Of a DNA stretch of 64,000 nucleotides, positions 36,419 to 50,089 are shown one piece after another. The notes under the pieces were generated by a model. That model did not search any database. It saw nothing but the letters and a program-made list of their open reading frames with translations, and was not told the DNA's origin. The stretch comes from Octopus bimaculoides. Lineage: Eukaryota. The stretch is from the NCBI RefSeq assembly GCF_001194135.2, contig NC_069007.1, positions 11,555,691 through 11,619,690 on the forward strand, read 5' to 3'. Positions within the stretch are counted from its first letter, which is position 1. Every line of letters starts with the position of its first letter. The translations under genes and the position numbers were made by a program.

Positions 36419-36672
36419 AAGGCAGCGAGCTGGCAGAATCGTTAGCATGCTGGGTGAAAAGCTTAGCGTTGTTTTGTCTGTCTACATGTTCTGAGTTCAA
36501 ATGCCACCAGGGCTGACTTTGCCTTTCATCATTTCAGGGTCAATAAATTAAATACCAGTTACACACTGGAGTTGATGTAATCAACTTAATCCCTTCCCCC
36601 CGAGTGCTTAATCCCTTAATCCCTTCCCCCACCTTGTGCTTCCAGTAGAAAGAATTATCATCTTCATCACCA

Positions 36673-36706
<34 letters not shown>

Positions 36707-36905
36707 GGCGGCGAGCTGGCAGAGTTGTTGGCACGCTGGATGAAATGCTTAATGGTATTTCGCCCATCACTACATTCTGAGTTCAAATTCCGCCAAGGTC
36801 AACTTTGCCTTTCATCCTTTTGGGGTCGATAAATTAAGTACCAGTGAAAACACTGGGGTTGATGTAATCAACTAGTCCCCCCCTTGTACCTTTAGTAGAA
36901 GGGAT
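36419..36905 (+). mobile_element. Two SINE S2 copies, each preceded by (ATT)n
   Basis: Full heads aaggc(a/g)gcgagctggcaga at 36419 and 36705. Confidence 0.85.
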
Positions 36906-37569
36906 TATGATTATTATTATTATTATTATTAAAAATCATCATTGCTATTATTATTATTATTATCATCATTATTAATTATTATTATCATCATCATCATCAT
37001 CATTATTATTATCATCATCATCATCATTATTATTGTTTGTTGTTGTATCACTACTGTAGTCATTGCAGTTCTTTGTTTTTGCAACTGTTGTTGTTGTTGT
37101 TGTATGCCCCAGCTTTTATTAAATATCATTGTTGTTGCTAGTATTATTATCAATATTATTCCAGTCGTTGTTGCTGTGGCTGTTATCAGTGTTACAATTG
37201 CTGGTGTTAACTTTACTGATGTCGTCACTTCAACTTTTTGCTTTTCAATTTAATCTTTGCCACCGTCGTTGTTGTCGTCATCATCATCATCATCATCATC
37301 ATCATTATCATCACCATCATCATCCCCTCTATTATCGTTGTCATCCCCATCCCCACCACCATCAACGCTGCCATATGACTGTTGATGTTACTTTTGCTGT
37401 TTCTGTATTCAAATTATTTTTTTCTCCTTTGTTAATTTGTATTTCCATATCTCTATTTTTTTTTTTATCTGATTAGAATTTACAATTTTCAATAAATTTT
37501 GAGAATTATGTTTCCTTTTCAAGTATGGAATAAGAAAATAAAAATAATAATGATAATAATAATAATGTA

Positions 37570-38052
37570 CAATGTTTAGTTTTGGTGTAAAAAATGGCTA
37601 CAGCAAATATTCTGCTCCATACCACAGATATACTTGTCAGTTGCTTAACCTTAACCAGTTGAGCATGTCACTTGATGACTGACGATATGTGCATCTCTGA
37701 TCATGAGCAGAAGTAGTGGGGGAGTATCATAGCCATGTGTTGAGAGGAATTCTTTGGGGTTTGGATAATTCACTTTTAGAAACATGGGTGTTTCATTCAA
37801 CATCCTTAAACAGCCCTTATTCAGGGACCTTTTGAGTAAGATGGGCTACTTAACCTGAAGAAAATTCTAACTGGGCCCCACCTGCAAGGTCATGTGCTGT
37901 TTCTTTCGACATGATATCAACATGTCGGCACATATGGTTGTGATGCATGTGCTTGGTGTACCCGTGTCAGACGGGTAGTCATGATGGGTATATTGGGCTT
38001 TGTATATTTTACCCCAGTGTCACTTTAATGGCATGTACAGCTCTCTCACTCA
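37570..38052 (-). mobile_element. ~480-bp interspersed element embedded in (AAT)n
   Basis: Non-coding, relatively GC-rich block bounded by AAT repeats on both sides. Family unassigned. Confidence 0.4.
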
Positions 38053-38061
38053 ATAATAATG

Positions 38062-38099
<38 letters not shown>

Positions 38100-38603
38100 C
38101 GTGATGATGATGATGAAGGTCTCTTTTTTATTGGCCTCATAAGTTCAAAGAGATACATGCAAAGAAAAAAGAGCCTTTCACTAGAGTTTCAAGAAAAGAT
38201 CTGGAGTGTAAAAGGGAGGGGTGATAGAGCATTGAGTGAGATGCTATGCAACATATGCAAAAAATGGTTTAAGAACTTTGAAGACAGACAGACAGACATA
38301 CATACACACATACCTGAAGACGTAGCTTAAATTTTACATTAGTTTGAAGTATTTTTTGTATTAATGCAGGCATGTAAGTAATTTATTTGTTAATGAATAT
38401 AATAATATAAATTATTTACATGTCTTTAAGTTATGAAACAATTTGTCATAATATTAGAATTTTCTTATTGTTAAAGAAAATTTCATCACACTATTCCTCT
38501 CTCATTTATGACTTTTATGAGTACTACTGGATTACTAGAATCCATATATTGTGACACACACACACACACATATACATATATAATTGTACACAATATATAC
38601 AGG

Positions 38604-38643
<40 letters not shown>

Positions 38644-38939
38644 TATTTGCAAGGAAATATAAAACTATAAAACAGGAATTTTAAAAATATATACAATTAA
38701 AGGGAATAAAACATGGAAGATTATTGGTGAGGGTGAGTCAGTGCATTTCTTTCCTGGGGAAGAATTGCTCTGAAGAAATTATTGCTTCTTACCTCATTTA
38801 GTTGTGTTATGTTGAGTTTTCTTTCTTTTCTTTTATTCTTTCATATTTTCCCCTGTAATTATTATTCCTTCTTCATCACACAATGGAAGTCTGATACTAC
38901 AGGTTGGTACTCTTAGAGGATAAAGTATTTATTCATCTG

Positions 38940-39340
38940 TTTGTAATACTGGGCCTAAAACTATTTCCTTCACTCTTTCCTCCCCAGAGTTTTGGCAGAT
39001 GTTGCCCTGGAAACTGGTGCTTGTTGTTCTTTTTGCTGTCCTCTTCTTCAGGACATTTACCTCTCAAGTGTGTTTTACTCCAACAAACATAACAACAAAA
39101 CTCTCAACCCTGCATCATCAAACCTATCCCCTTTGTCTCCACACTTCTACTGGACACATTTCTGGTATTGCTCCATGACCTTTGGAGGTCATTAGGATTT
39201 GCAATTCCATTTTGATGTCCCCTGACCATACGTTACTTTCCCTTAACCCCACTTTGACCATTTTCCCATGATGCAACACAGAACTCACCACTTACCATGG
39301 GTCCACATCATGTCTAATATCTCTTCATGTGACTCTTGTG
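38940..39340 (-). mobile_element. Decayed LINE ORF1/gag-like fragment with a CCHC zinc knuckle
   Basis: CYVCWSKTHLRGKC (Cx2Cx4Hx4C) at 39053-39094 minus, preceded by a frameshifted VVSSVLHHGKMVKV..LQILMT..IPEMCPVEV. Confidence 0.55.
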
Positions 39341-39610
39341 TTCCAAGGATGAAAGTAAGGTCGACCTTCACAGAATTTGAACTCTGAATGTAAAGGCAGA
39401 CAATACTGCTAACAATTCTTTTCTACTCAAAGCACAAGGCCTGAAATTTTGTGGGAGCGGGCCAGTCAATTAGATCGACCCCAGTATGCAACTGGTACTT
39501 AATTTATCGTCCCTGAAAGGATGAAAGGCAAAGTCAACCTCAGCGGAATTTGAACTCTGAACACAGAGACAGACAAAATACCACTAACAATTCTGCCAGC
39601 TTACCACCTT
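39340..39610 (-). mobile_element. Two nested or tandem SINE S2 copies
   Basis: Two S2 cores. Confidence 0.75.
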
Positions 39611-39732
39611 CAAAAAAAGCTACAATACGTGATGGCATAGCTGTTGCCATTTTGTAATTGAGACCATTTCTTTTGATATATCCTGGAAAACTTGTGTTAC
39701 TTGACATCAAGAAAAATTTAATCTGCTTTCAC

Positions 39733-39931
39733 CTTTTCATAAGCAGGGAGATATAGGTTTTCTCTTCATCTTTTCCTGGAATATTTCTTGCGGCAAAGAA
39801 ATATTGGATTTTGCAAAACTCTCCTACCAACATTTTTATTCTTATGACTACGATAGATTTTAAAATTCTATTGGTTAGATCTAAAGATTCTGTCAGATGT
39901 AGATCTAAAAATTCTGTCTGTTTATTTAGTG
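39733..39931 (-). CDS. Candidate 199-nt exon (A)LNKQTEFLDLHLTESLDLTNRILKSIVVIRIKMLVGEFCKIQYFFAARNIPGKDEEKTYISLLMK
   Basis: Acceptor aatcttcttgcag, donor aag|gtgaaa, 65 open codons in non-repetitive DNA. Product not recognised. Confidence 0.35.
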
Positions 39932-40519
39932 CTGCAAGAAGATTCATCTTCACATGGCAGTTATACCAACAGACCACAGTATTAGGAATCATATTGTTGT
40001 TATTGTTGTTATTGTTGTTATTACTGGTTCTGTCTTCCAAACTACTTGGACATTCTCTTCTCTTAACTCTTCTTTAAATTGTTCCTCTTCTTATACATTT
40101 AGTTGCATATTTTGATTTCATGTTGTGCTGTTTTTAACCATTGTTGTGTATTATTGTGTGATATGGTTTGCAAACAACTTGCACATGCAAGTGCTACCAA
40201 TCAAAAGCTCCACATATCAGAAGCCAGCAAGTGTATGGAGTCATCAGGAGAAAATGCACACCGTTTTGGCTCCTATCTCTTGATGGCATCATTGTGCCCC
40301 CCCCCCCCTCACTGATATGAGGCCCCACTTGCTTNNNNNNNNNNCCCCCCCCCCCCTCACTGATATGAGGCCCCACTTGCTTGATCAACTGGTTATCAAA
40401 CAAAGCTCAATATTCTTCTAGCTGTCGCTCATCACCTCTTTTTAACTAAATCCAGTGTTTTGCCATTTCCACTGTAGTTTGGATATCATTCATGGTGGTA
40501 TTTACTTTAGATGGACACA

Positions 40520-41660
40520 AGGCAACATTGACCTCAGTGGGGTGTGAAATCAGAAAGTAAAGAGCTGCTAAGAAATTGGTTTTAAATTTTGACACTAGGC
40601 GAGCAGTTTTGGAGGAGGGGCCTAGTCAATTAAATTGACCCCAGGGCTCAACTGGTACTTATTTTATTGACCCCAAAAGGATGAAAGGCAAAGACGACCT
40701 TGGTGGAATTTGAACTCAGAATATAAAGATGGACGAAATGCTGCTAAGCATTTTGCCCGGCATGCTAATGATTCTTTTCTACTCTAGGCACAAGGCCTGA
40801 AATTTTGGGGGATGGAACCAGTCGATTAGATTGACTCCAGTACACAACTGGTACTTAATTTACTGACCCCGAAAGGATGAAAGGCAAAGTCGACCTCAGC
40901 GGAATTTGAACTCGGAACATAAAGACAGACAAAATACCGTTAAGCATTTCGCTCAGCATGCTAGCATTTCTAATTTCTTTATTGCCCATAAGGGGCTAAA
41001 CATAGAGGGGACAAACAAGGACAGACAAAGGGATTAAGTCGATTACATTGACCCCAGTGCATAACTGGTACTTAATTTATTGACCCCGAAAGGATGAAAG
41101 GCAAAGTTGACCTCAGCAGAATTTGAACTTAGAACGTAACAGCAGACGATATACCGCTAAGCATTTTGCCCAGCATGCTAGCGTTTCTGCTCGCTCACTG
41201 CCTTAGAGCTGCCAAAATCTTCATTTTCAAATTTCAGCACAAGGCCAGCAATTTTGGGGGGAGGGTGGGGGTGGTATAGTAAGTCGATTGCCACAACCCC
41301 AGTGTTTAACTGGTACTTGTTTTACTCACCCTAAAAGGGATGAATAGCAAAGTCGACCTTGGCAGAATTTGAACTCTGAACGTAAAGACGGATGAAATGC
41401 TGTTAAGCATTTTGCCAAAAATGCTAACAATTCTGCCAGGTTTAATTATAGGAAATACTGGTTTCAGAATTTGACACAAGGCCAGCAATTTTGAGTGAAG
41501 GGGTAAGTCGATTACATCATCGTCCCCAGTGCTCAACTGGTACTTATTTAAAATCGACCCCGAGAGGACAAAAGGCAAAGTCAACCCGGGTGGAATTTGA
41601 ACTCAGAATGTAGACACAGACGAAATGCTGTTAGGCATTTTGCTCATCATGCTGGTCTTC
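40520..41660 (-). mobile_element. Head-to-tail chain of about 6 SINE S2 copies
   Basis: The S2 core recurs near 40540, 40680, 40880, 41090, 41340 and 41570, all on the minus strand. Confidence 0.9.
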
Positions 41661-42507
41661 CAGCTTGTTACCTTAGAGCTGATCAAAATATCACAAGGTA
41701 TTTTGTCTGACGCACTAAGGATTCTGTCAGTCCACTGCCATAAATATGATGATGATGACAATTGTGGTGGTGGCAGAGGGCAAAGGTGGTAATAGCAGTG
41801 GCAGTAGTAGTGGTGATAACGGCAGTGGTGGCGGCGATGGCTGACTTTGCTGTTGTTGTGTTGTTGTTGTTTATGCATGACAAGGTGGACATAGACAGTG
41901 ATTTCTGAATCAGACACAAAAGACCTGTCCACCCCACCCTCACCCTGCTTCATGCCCATTCCACTACTCCAAGGGAAGTGCTGTAATTCATTAACTTTAA
42001 CCCCAGTACCTGCTTAGTACCTTTGGCAGGGTTTGAACTCAGGCCATAAAATTTGGCAGTTAAACTCCCAAAAAAGATATTTAATCAAACTCTTCACTGT
42101 TATATCCCCCTCATATATCCATTTTAATCTACTTAACTAATGGATTATTAAAACTCACATTCCTTGCCTTTCAGCCAGATTCTCCGTAAAATCTCACAAT
42201 TTTCTTTTTCTTTTGGACATTTTTTATCTTATTTTTTAATCAATCAGTTTTTCTCTTGTGTATAAAGTGTACGCCCAAGTATGTACATGTGTGTGTGTGT
42301 ATGGTGTATACACACACACACACACACATATATATACATATATTTATATATATATGTATATGTATGTATATATGTTTGTGTATATATATACATATATATA
42401 TATACATACGCACATATATATGTATTTATATATAAATATACACATATATATATAAATATATTTATGTATATATGATATACATATATTTATATGTATGTAT
42501 ATAAATA

Positions 42508-42562
<55 letters not shown>

Positions 42563-42839
42563 TTGGAGCCTGGTGTTGCCATCCGGTTTCACCAGTCCTC
42601 AGTCAAATCGTCCAACCCATGCTAGCATGGAAAGCGGACGTTAAACGATGATGATGATGATGATGATATACATACACACACGCATATATATGAATTTGTG
42701 TTTGTGTGCGTATGTGTCTAGATGCATTTGTGTGCATGCATGTGTATGTATAAATGTGTTTGCCTACATATTTGTACACTTGGTGGTACATTGGCTTTCG
42801 TGTGTATGTGTGTATATATATGTGCGTATATTTATATAC

Positions 42840-43007
42840 CGAAGTATATAAGATTATGAGAGGGGTTTAACATATCTACATTTTTATTCTTTTTCATTAT
42901 TCTCAATTTTAAAGAATTTATTGAACATTTTAGAGACAACATTTGTTGTTGTTGCTTTTTCTCGTCTGTATCCCTCCTCCCCTGTTGAACAAATTCAATC
43001 CATCCAC
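42840..43007 (-). CDS. Candidate 168-nt exon (G)GWIEFVQQGRRDTDEKKQQQQMLSLK..NLIYF
   Basis: Acceptor aattcttcttgcag, weak donor cg|gtatat, phase 1 to 1, compatible with 39931. Confidence 0.3.
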
Positions 43008-44352
43008 CTGCAAGAAGAATTTTTAATTCCATCCAACCAAACTCTCTTAATGATTACAAACAAGCAACTCAGACACTGGTCTTGTCATTCTAGCCATCAG
43101 ACAGTCTTCCTGTCCTCCTCCTCCACCTGTCAGACTCCTTCTTACACACTCTCTTTATCTCATTCACTGCCCAATCTCTTAATCTCACACTTAGTGTGTC
43201 ATCTCTTTCTATTTTCCTTTCTCCCTGTCTCTCTGCACTCATAAAGTTAGTTGTACACGCACACATACACACACACAAGTGCATATATACATATATATAC
43301 ACATACACACACTCACACCTGTCTGTATATATGTGTTAATTTTTCATCACTTATTTTACCATACTCAATCTCATTCTTTCACATTCCATATATCTTCTTT
43401 TCTATTTATGATATACATACATACATACATACATACGTGTGTGTGTATGTATATGTATATAAATATGTGTGTGTATATATATATATATATATGTGTGCAT
43501 GTGTGTATATATGTGTATGTATGTGTGGTTATATATATTTTGCATATTTGTGTACATACACATGCACACACACATATATATAACTATGTAGGTTATGTAT
43601 GCATGTTTTATATGTACTTTATATATATATATATATATATNNNNNNNNNNNNNNNNNNNNNNNNNNNNNNNNNNGATATGTACATATATATGAATGTATG
43701 TTTGTACTTGTTCCCTGCACCATCTTCTCTCTCTCTCATAAAATGCTAAAACCCTGATCTCTATATTGAGATTAAAGATTTCGGACAAACTGCCCAAACA
43801 AATATGCATCATCGTCATCAACATCACCATCATCATCACCACCACAAGCATCATCAACTTCAATATCATCAACTTCAATATCATCATCAACTTCATTATG
43901 AACAGCAGTAGCACCACCACCACGTTGCTGCTGTTGTTGTTGTTCTTCGTTTTCTTCTACTGCTACTGCTACTACTACTACTGCTGCTGCTACTACTACT
44001 ACTACTACTGCTCATTTCATTTGTCATCTTTAGGAAATATACTTCAAAATTTTGCATGTCTGTTTATTCGTTCCACCCCAAATAGGTCTGGTTCCTCCAA
44101 AGTAAGACTTTTTCCCACAACTGATGTCTATACCATTTCGGCTGAATTTGGTGGTGGAAGAGGGATGACTCACCACATCTCATATCACACCCTCAACTTC
44201 TCTTACACTGAACACCATCCATGACCTCCACTAGTGATCCAGTACATATCGCAAAAGGCCTGGCTGGAGCCCCAATCTTCTGAGTTCTTTTACAAGTATA
44301 TAACTGATATCTATCTTATACATACACACACCCATACATGCACACACACACA

Positions 44353-44573
44353 TACAAGGGGGTGCTGAGAAGTTCCTGGTTTTTAGGGCATTGCAAAAGG
44401 CCTAGTTGAAGGCCCAACCTTCTGAGTTCGTTAACAGAGCTTAGAAAACCTGAAGGACCACTGCAATAAATGTGTGAATCTGAGAGGGGAATATGTTGAA
44501 TAAAATCATAATCAACTGATCCTCCTGTATTTTCCTTTACCCAAAACCAGGAGCTTTTCAGCACACCCTTGTG
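44353..44573 (+). mobile_element. Mariner-derived MITE
   Basis: TA-caagggggtgctgagaagttcctgg ... ccaggagcttttcagcacacccttg termini. Retains a mariner C-terminal remnant, LENLKDHCNKCVNLRGEYVE*. Confidence 0.8.
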
Positions 44574-45029
44574 TGTATATATATATATGTGTGTGTGTGT
44601 GTGTATGTGTGTGTGTGTATTTAATTTTAGAATTTATAGGAGCTACTGTCTTTGAAGACTCATATTGTTGTTTGAATGCTCAAAGTGAGGAGTAGATAGA
44701 CAGCTGACAACTGATGAAAGGTCCTTCTTCTCTGTTAACATCCTGGTTTCCATTTTTTTCTCATTGTTTATATATTTCACTCATTTTTGTTCTATAATTA
44801 CTGTCCAGGTCTTGTATCTATCTCTCATGTGTATGTTATTTGCACCGTTGGTGGTGTCCTGTACCCATATATGCATGTACGTATATATATATATATTATA
44901 TTATATTATATTATATTATATTATATGATATTATTTATATAAATGTATATATATAAGCTGTGGGTAGTAATGTTATGAAAGCTAGCTGCTAGATTGTCAA
45001 GCGATGGTGGTGGTGGGGGGAACAAACAT

Positions 45030-45210
45030 ATATATACATATATATGATGGGCTTTTTTCAGTTTCCATCTACCTAATTTATTCACAAGGCTTTGGTCAGC
45101 CCGAGGCTATAATAGAATACACGTTCCCAAGGTGCTACGCAATGGGACTGAACTCAGAACCATATGGTTGGGAAGCCAGCTTTTTACCACACAGTCATGC
45201 CTGCAGCCAA
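45030..45210 (-). mobile_element. SINE S1 5' half
   Basis: Reverse-complement S1 head. Confidence 0.8.
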
Positions 45211-45289
45211 CAACCTGTCCAGGTATAATGGGCAGAGAAGTTGGGCGGATACGCTTGCACGCACACACACATGCACACACATTATATAG

Positions 45290-45650
45290 GCAAAGGCATG
45301 ACTGTGTGGTAAGGATCTTGCTTCTCAACCACATGGTTCCAGGTTCAGTCCCACTGCATAGCACCTTGTCAGTGGATTTGGTAGACAGAAACTGAAAGAA
45401 GCCCATCATATATGTATATATATGTGTGTGTGTGTGTATCTTTGTACCTGTGTTTTACCTCACATCACTGCTTGACAACTGGCATTGGTGTGTTTACATC
45501 TCTGTAACTTAGCAGTTCAGCAAAAGAGACTGATGAAATTAGTACCAAGCTTAAAGAAATAAGTCCTGAGGTCTATCTGTCCAACTCAAACCCTTCAAGA
45601 TGGTGCTCCAGCATGGCCACTGTCAAATAACTGAAGCAAGTAAAAGAATA
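45290..45650 (+). mobile_element. SINE S1 with an internal deletion
   Basis: Head joined directly to gtggatttggtag; tail complete. Confidence 0.8.
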
Positions 45651-45658
45651 AGAGAATA

Positions 45659-45689
<31 letters not shown>

Positions 45690-45691
<2 letters not shown>

Positions 45692-45788
45692 GTGCTACGG
45701 GCTTCCTTCAGTTTCCGTCTACCAAATCCTCTCACAAGGCTTTGGTTGGCCCAAGGTTATGGTATAAGACACTTGCCCTCATATGCAG

Positions 45789-45829
<41 letters not shown>

Positions 45830-45980
45830 GCTTCTTTCAGTTTCCATCTACCAGATCTTCTCACAAGGTTTTGGTTGGCCTGAGGCGATAGTAAAAGACA
45901 CTTGCCCAAGGTGCCATGCAGTGGGACTGAACCCAGAAACATGAGATTGGGAAGCAAGCTTCTTACCACACAGCCACACC
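45690..45980 (-). mobile_element. Two partial SINE S1 heads
   Basis: Two reverse-complement head fragments separated by (TA)n. Confidence 0.75.
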
Positions 45981-46779
45981 TAATGTATAATATTATGTAA
46001 TATATATAACATGATACATATCATATTTATCTAATGCTTCTTTTGGTAGTTATTTCATGTATCTATATACATATATAATATAAACACACACACATGCACT
46101 GACTTCTCATTATATACATACTTCTTAGATAGAAATTGTATATACATATATACACACCACATATACACATGTACTGATAAAGATACACTAAAGATACACT
46201 AAAGATACATTGTGTGTGCATGTGTGGGTGTGATGTACAATATAATGTTGCATATATATATATATATATATATAATAAAACATGGCATGCGTGTATGTAT
46301 GTATATGCATTATATATAACAACACTGAACACTTACCAGTATCCTATGTCTACATAACAATATTTCCTGAAATCTTAAAATGAAGAACTCGATGAAATCT
46401 CAGGCTGCCAATTACCAATATGATTCCGCAAAGATTATCTTCAATTGTTTGCTTGATTTGCACAAGAATCTCTTCAAGACTCTGTTTAAACTTCAAAGTA
46501 GCTTTTGCCATTTTTTTGTTGAAATATTCATTAAATAGAATATATACTCTTTGCAAAGATAATACTGAAAAAGAGAAAACAAGAGAAATAAAACAAAATA
46601 ATAATAAGAAGAAGAAGAAAAAAAAACAATTGTCTGTTTTGTTTATCTTTGGTGGAATGTTGAATATTTTATTTATTTGTGTGTTTTGTGTTTTGTCTTG
46701 GGAAAGTGTATATTTGAAGGTGTATATATTCATGTGGGTGTCTAGTGGTGTGTATGATTGTATATGTGATTCATCATCA

Positions 46780-47070
46780 CCATCGTTGTCGTTTAACATT
46801 TGCTTTCTATGCTGGCATGGGTTGGATGGTTTGCCTGATAAATGACAAGCCAGGAGGCCGCACCAGGTTCTGATCCGATTTGGCAAGGTTTCTACAGATG
46901 GATGCCCTTCCTAATGCCAAGCACTCTGAGAGTGTAGTAGGTGCTGTTACGTGTCACTGGCATGGGAGGGAGCCAATCAGGCAGCACTGACATTGGACAT
47001 CCTTGAATGGTGCTTTTTACATGCCACCAGCACAGGTGCCAATCAGGTGGCACTGGCATCAGCCATCTAT
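46780..47070 (-). mobile_element. SINE family S3
   Basis: Homologous to 18055-18300. Confidence 0.8.
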
Positions 47071-47339
47071 TTACTCATATAATGGCAAATATAGGAATAT
47101 ATGAGTGTGCCTATGCAAACATACACACTGTTGTTTCATCATTATTGCATTCATGTCCAGTTCTTTCATGGATCGGATGGAGTTCACCAAGGCAGATTTT
47201 CTATGGCTAGATGCTCACCCAAAGTAATATTTTCCCCGATATGTTTTCACAGAATACTGGAAATGAATGACACTGCTTATATAACAGTGACACTTATTTA
47301 CAGCTACCTTACAATGTCAAGACAAAGAGACATAAATAC

Positions 47340-47700
47340 ACACACACACATATTTTCACATATGTGTGTGTATGTGTATAAATAGGCTTCTTTGAGTTTC
47401 CATCTACTAAATTCACTGACACGATTTTGATTCACCCAGGGCCATAGTAGAAACTACTTGCCCAAGGTGCCATGCACTAGCATAGCTAGAGTATGTGCCA
47501 CCGCGGCCTTTCCGTTAACCCCCCCCCCCCCGGACCCCACCAAAAAACACATACAGCAGACTCAAAAGTGGTGCCCCTTTAAAAGTGCCACCCAGGGCAG
47601 ACTGCCCTTACTGTTCTCTCCACCCAGCTATGCTAGTAGTGCCATGCTGTGAGACTGAACTTCAAACCATGTATTTGGAAAGCAAAGTTTTTCTTTACAC
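47340..47700 (-). mobile_element. SINE S1 interrupted by a DNA-transposon insertion
   Basis: S1 head is split at gtgccatg. Confidence 0.75.
47475..47638. mobile_element. hAT-like MITE with an 8-bp TSD
   Basis: TSD gtgccatg at 47467-74 and 47639-46; termini cactagcatagct / agctatgctagta; subterminal gtgcc motifs. Confidence 0.75.
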
Positions 47701-47884
47701 ATCCACGCCTATTTACTCAAGTGCAATATGATTTCAATGATAATGTGGCTCTCCACACAACCACCACCATTTATCTCCCCACATCTATAGTTTATCTCCT
47801 CATCTTTTTGTCTCACTCCATTTTAATGTGATTCACCAGCTTTGATCCGGATGCTTTGTGTTAAATCTTTTGAATTATACATAG

Positions 47885-48270
47885 GCACAGACAGAGCTGC
47901 GTAGTAGAAGAAGCTTCCTTCCCGACCATATGGTTGCAGGTTCAGTCCCACTGCATGGTACCTCAGGCAAGTGTCCTCTACAATAGCCTCAGGCTGACCA
48001 AAGCTTTGTGAGTGGATTTAGTAGACGGAAACTGAAAGAAGCCCTTTGTATATTTATATATGCATGTATGTCTGTGTTTGTCCCCCACCACCATTTGACA
48101 ACTGGTGTTCATTTCTTTACATCCCTGTAACTTAGCATTTCAGCAAAAAGAGATTGATGGAATAAATACCAGGCTTAAAAAAAAAAAGCTCCTGGGGTCA
48201 ATCCATTCAACTAAAAATTTTTCAAAGCGGTGCTCCAGCATGACCACAGTCTAATGATTGAAAGAGATAA
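47885..48270 (+). mobile_element. SINE family S1, full length
   Basis: Homologous to 9450-9879. Confidence 0.8.
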
Positions 48271-48769
48271 AAAATCATATCTAAGCTTGTGTTTATATTT
48301 ACCAGTTGTATTCCTTTATGTCAAAAGTGCGACTTAGCCATTCGGTTTGGAAAGATTGATAAAATAAATGCCTGACTAAAATAACTACTGGACATTTGGT
48401 ATGATAGGATTTGGCTAAAACAATAGACCTGTTAAATGTGGTGCCTCAGCATGGCCACTATCCAATGACTAAAATCAATAGAAGAATAATGTAGCATATA
48501 CTAGCATATTACTGGTATTCATTTTACCACCCCCCTCACTTGTCCTCTCAAAAGGATGACTAACTCAATGTAAACAAAATTAATTAGTCTGGTCTTCCTC
48601 TTCTTTTTCGTTTTCTACTATTACTACTAAATAATTTTGCTGTCTTTCATATGAATAATGTTGTTCAGCTTCTATTTAATCTAGTTGGGCATGGTTGGCT
48701 GCCTTTGGTATAGCCACAGAAGTTTAAAAGTGTGCTTAAATATTGTTTTCATGATGAAAGCTTTATTTG

Positions 48770-48820
<51 letters not shown>

Positions 48821-48850
48821 CACACACACACATACATATACATATGTATA

Positions 48851-48893
<43 letters not shown>

Positions 48894-50089
48894 TATGTAT
48901 GTATGTATGTATATGAAGTCATTCATGCTGGCCATGATTAAATGATTAAAGCTAAAGAATTTATGAGTACCGTTGATTTTGAAGAGAAGTTCGTTAAATT
49001 ACGTCGTACAGTTGTTATGTTTTTGTTATTGTTTGTTGTTAAGTAAGTGATGAATAATAAACAATAAATGCATCAAGAAAACTTCAACACTTGAAAAAAT
49101 GTCTGGCTTATCGTAAAGTGGTGAGGGTTTGTTAAAATTTCGAATATTTATTAACATCCTTTGTGTATTGTATATTGTGTTCACTGACGTCCATCCAGTT
49201 GTTATGTAAATACTGTCAGCAAAGAAGGAATTCTATGCTTTTGTTTAGTAAACTGTTTTGTGCAAGCAACAGATGTGGTGATTAAATTTCAATACAAACC
49301 AAATGATTGGTTTTCAATGGCCCCTTTTCAACATGGTAGGTGTATATATTGTTATATTATCATCACAAAAACATTGTTCCTGTAGTGTGAACATAGAATG
49401 ATTGTGGTTTGCGTATGCAATCAATGTGGATAAGTGTGCAACAGGTCTAGTGTGGACGTGCAACAGGTCTGATGCATAGGAGAATGGCTTTATGCAATGC
49501 GTGTACTGCAAATGTACAAGAAGTGCAGTTTGAATGGGAATGTGTTGCATGGCGTTAAAGAAATGGTTTGTTGTGAATGTATGCTAAATAATTGGCTGTG
49601 ATTAAGAATACACAGCATGTACAACAGATCTGGTACAAATGTACAATACATGTAATTTAATGAACATCAAATTTAATTTGAATGAACAATAAATGTAATA
49701 TGAATGAGCATATATGGTGTGGTTTTGTTTTCACTATTAGCTCCACATAGAAATTAGCAAACGTTGGTCCCAAACAGGAACCCGTAGAAAAATCTCTCAA
49801 AGTTTGAAGAGATATTTTATTTTGTCATTTGACCCCCTCCCCCTCTAGTTTTAATAAATCACGATGGCTGTGCTTTTGTTCTTTCTAATTATTGTTTTTA
49901 CTCATGTCGACTTTGCCACTGTTGTTTTCTTCTATTAAGGAACTACACCAGAAAATGGTGCAAACTCTTGAAGGTTTCTCTGTTGTCTCATTCCAATGAC
50001 TGAAAGCAAGAAAATACTTTGGACTTGATATACGAAGACCAATGTATAATGAATTATGATGATTAATGGAATTAGTTTATTTCATCATC

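Noticed and set aside
40297-40385. Duplicated ccccc-tcactgatatgaggccccacttgctt around the gap
   Set aside because: Gap-edge assembly overlap rather than a biological repeat.
40520-41660. Regularly spaced repeats resembling a CRISPR array
   Set aside because: The units are ~200-bp diverged SINE copies in eukaryotic DNA, with no cas genes or short repeat-spacer structure.
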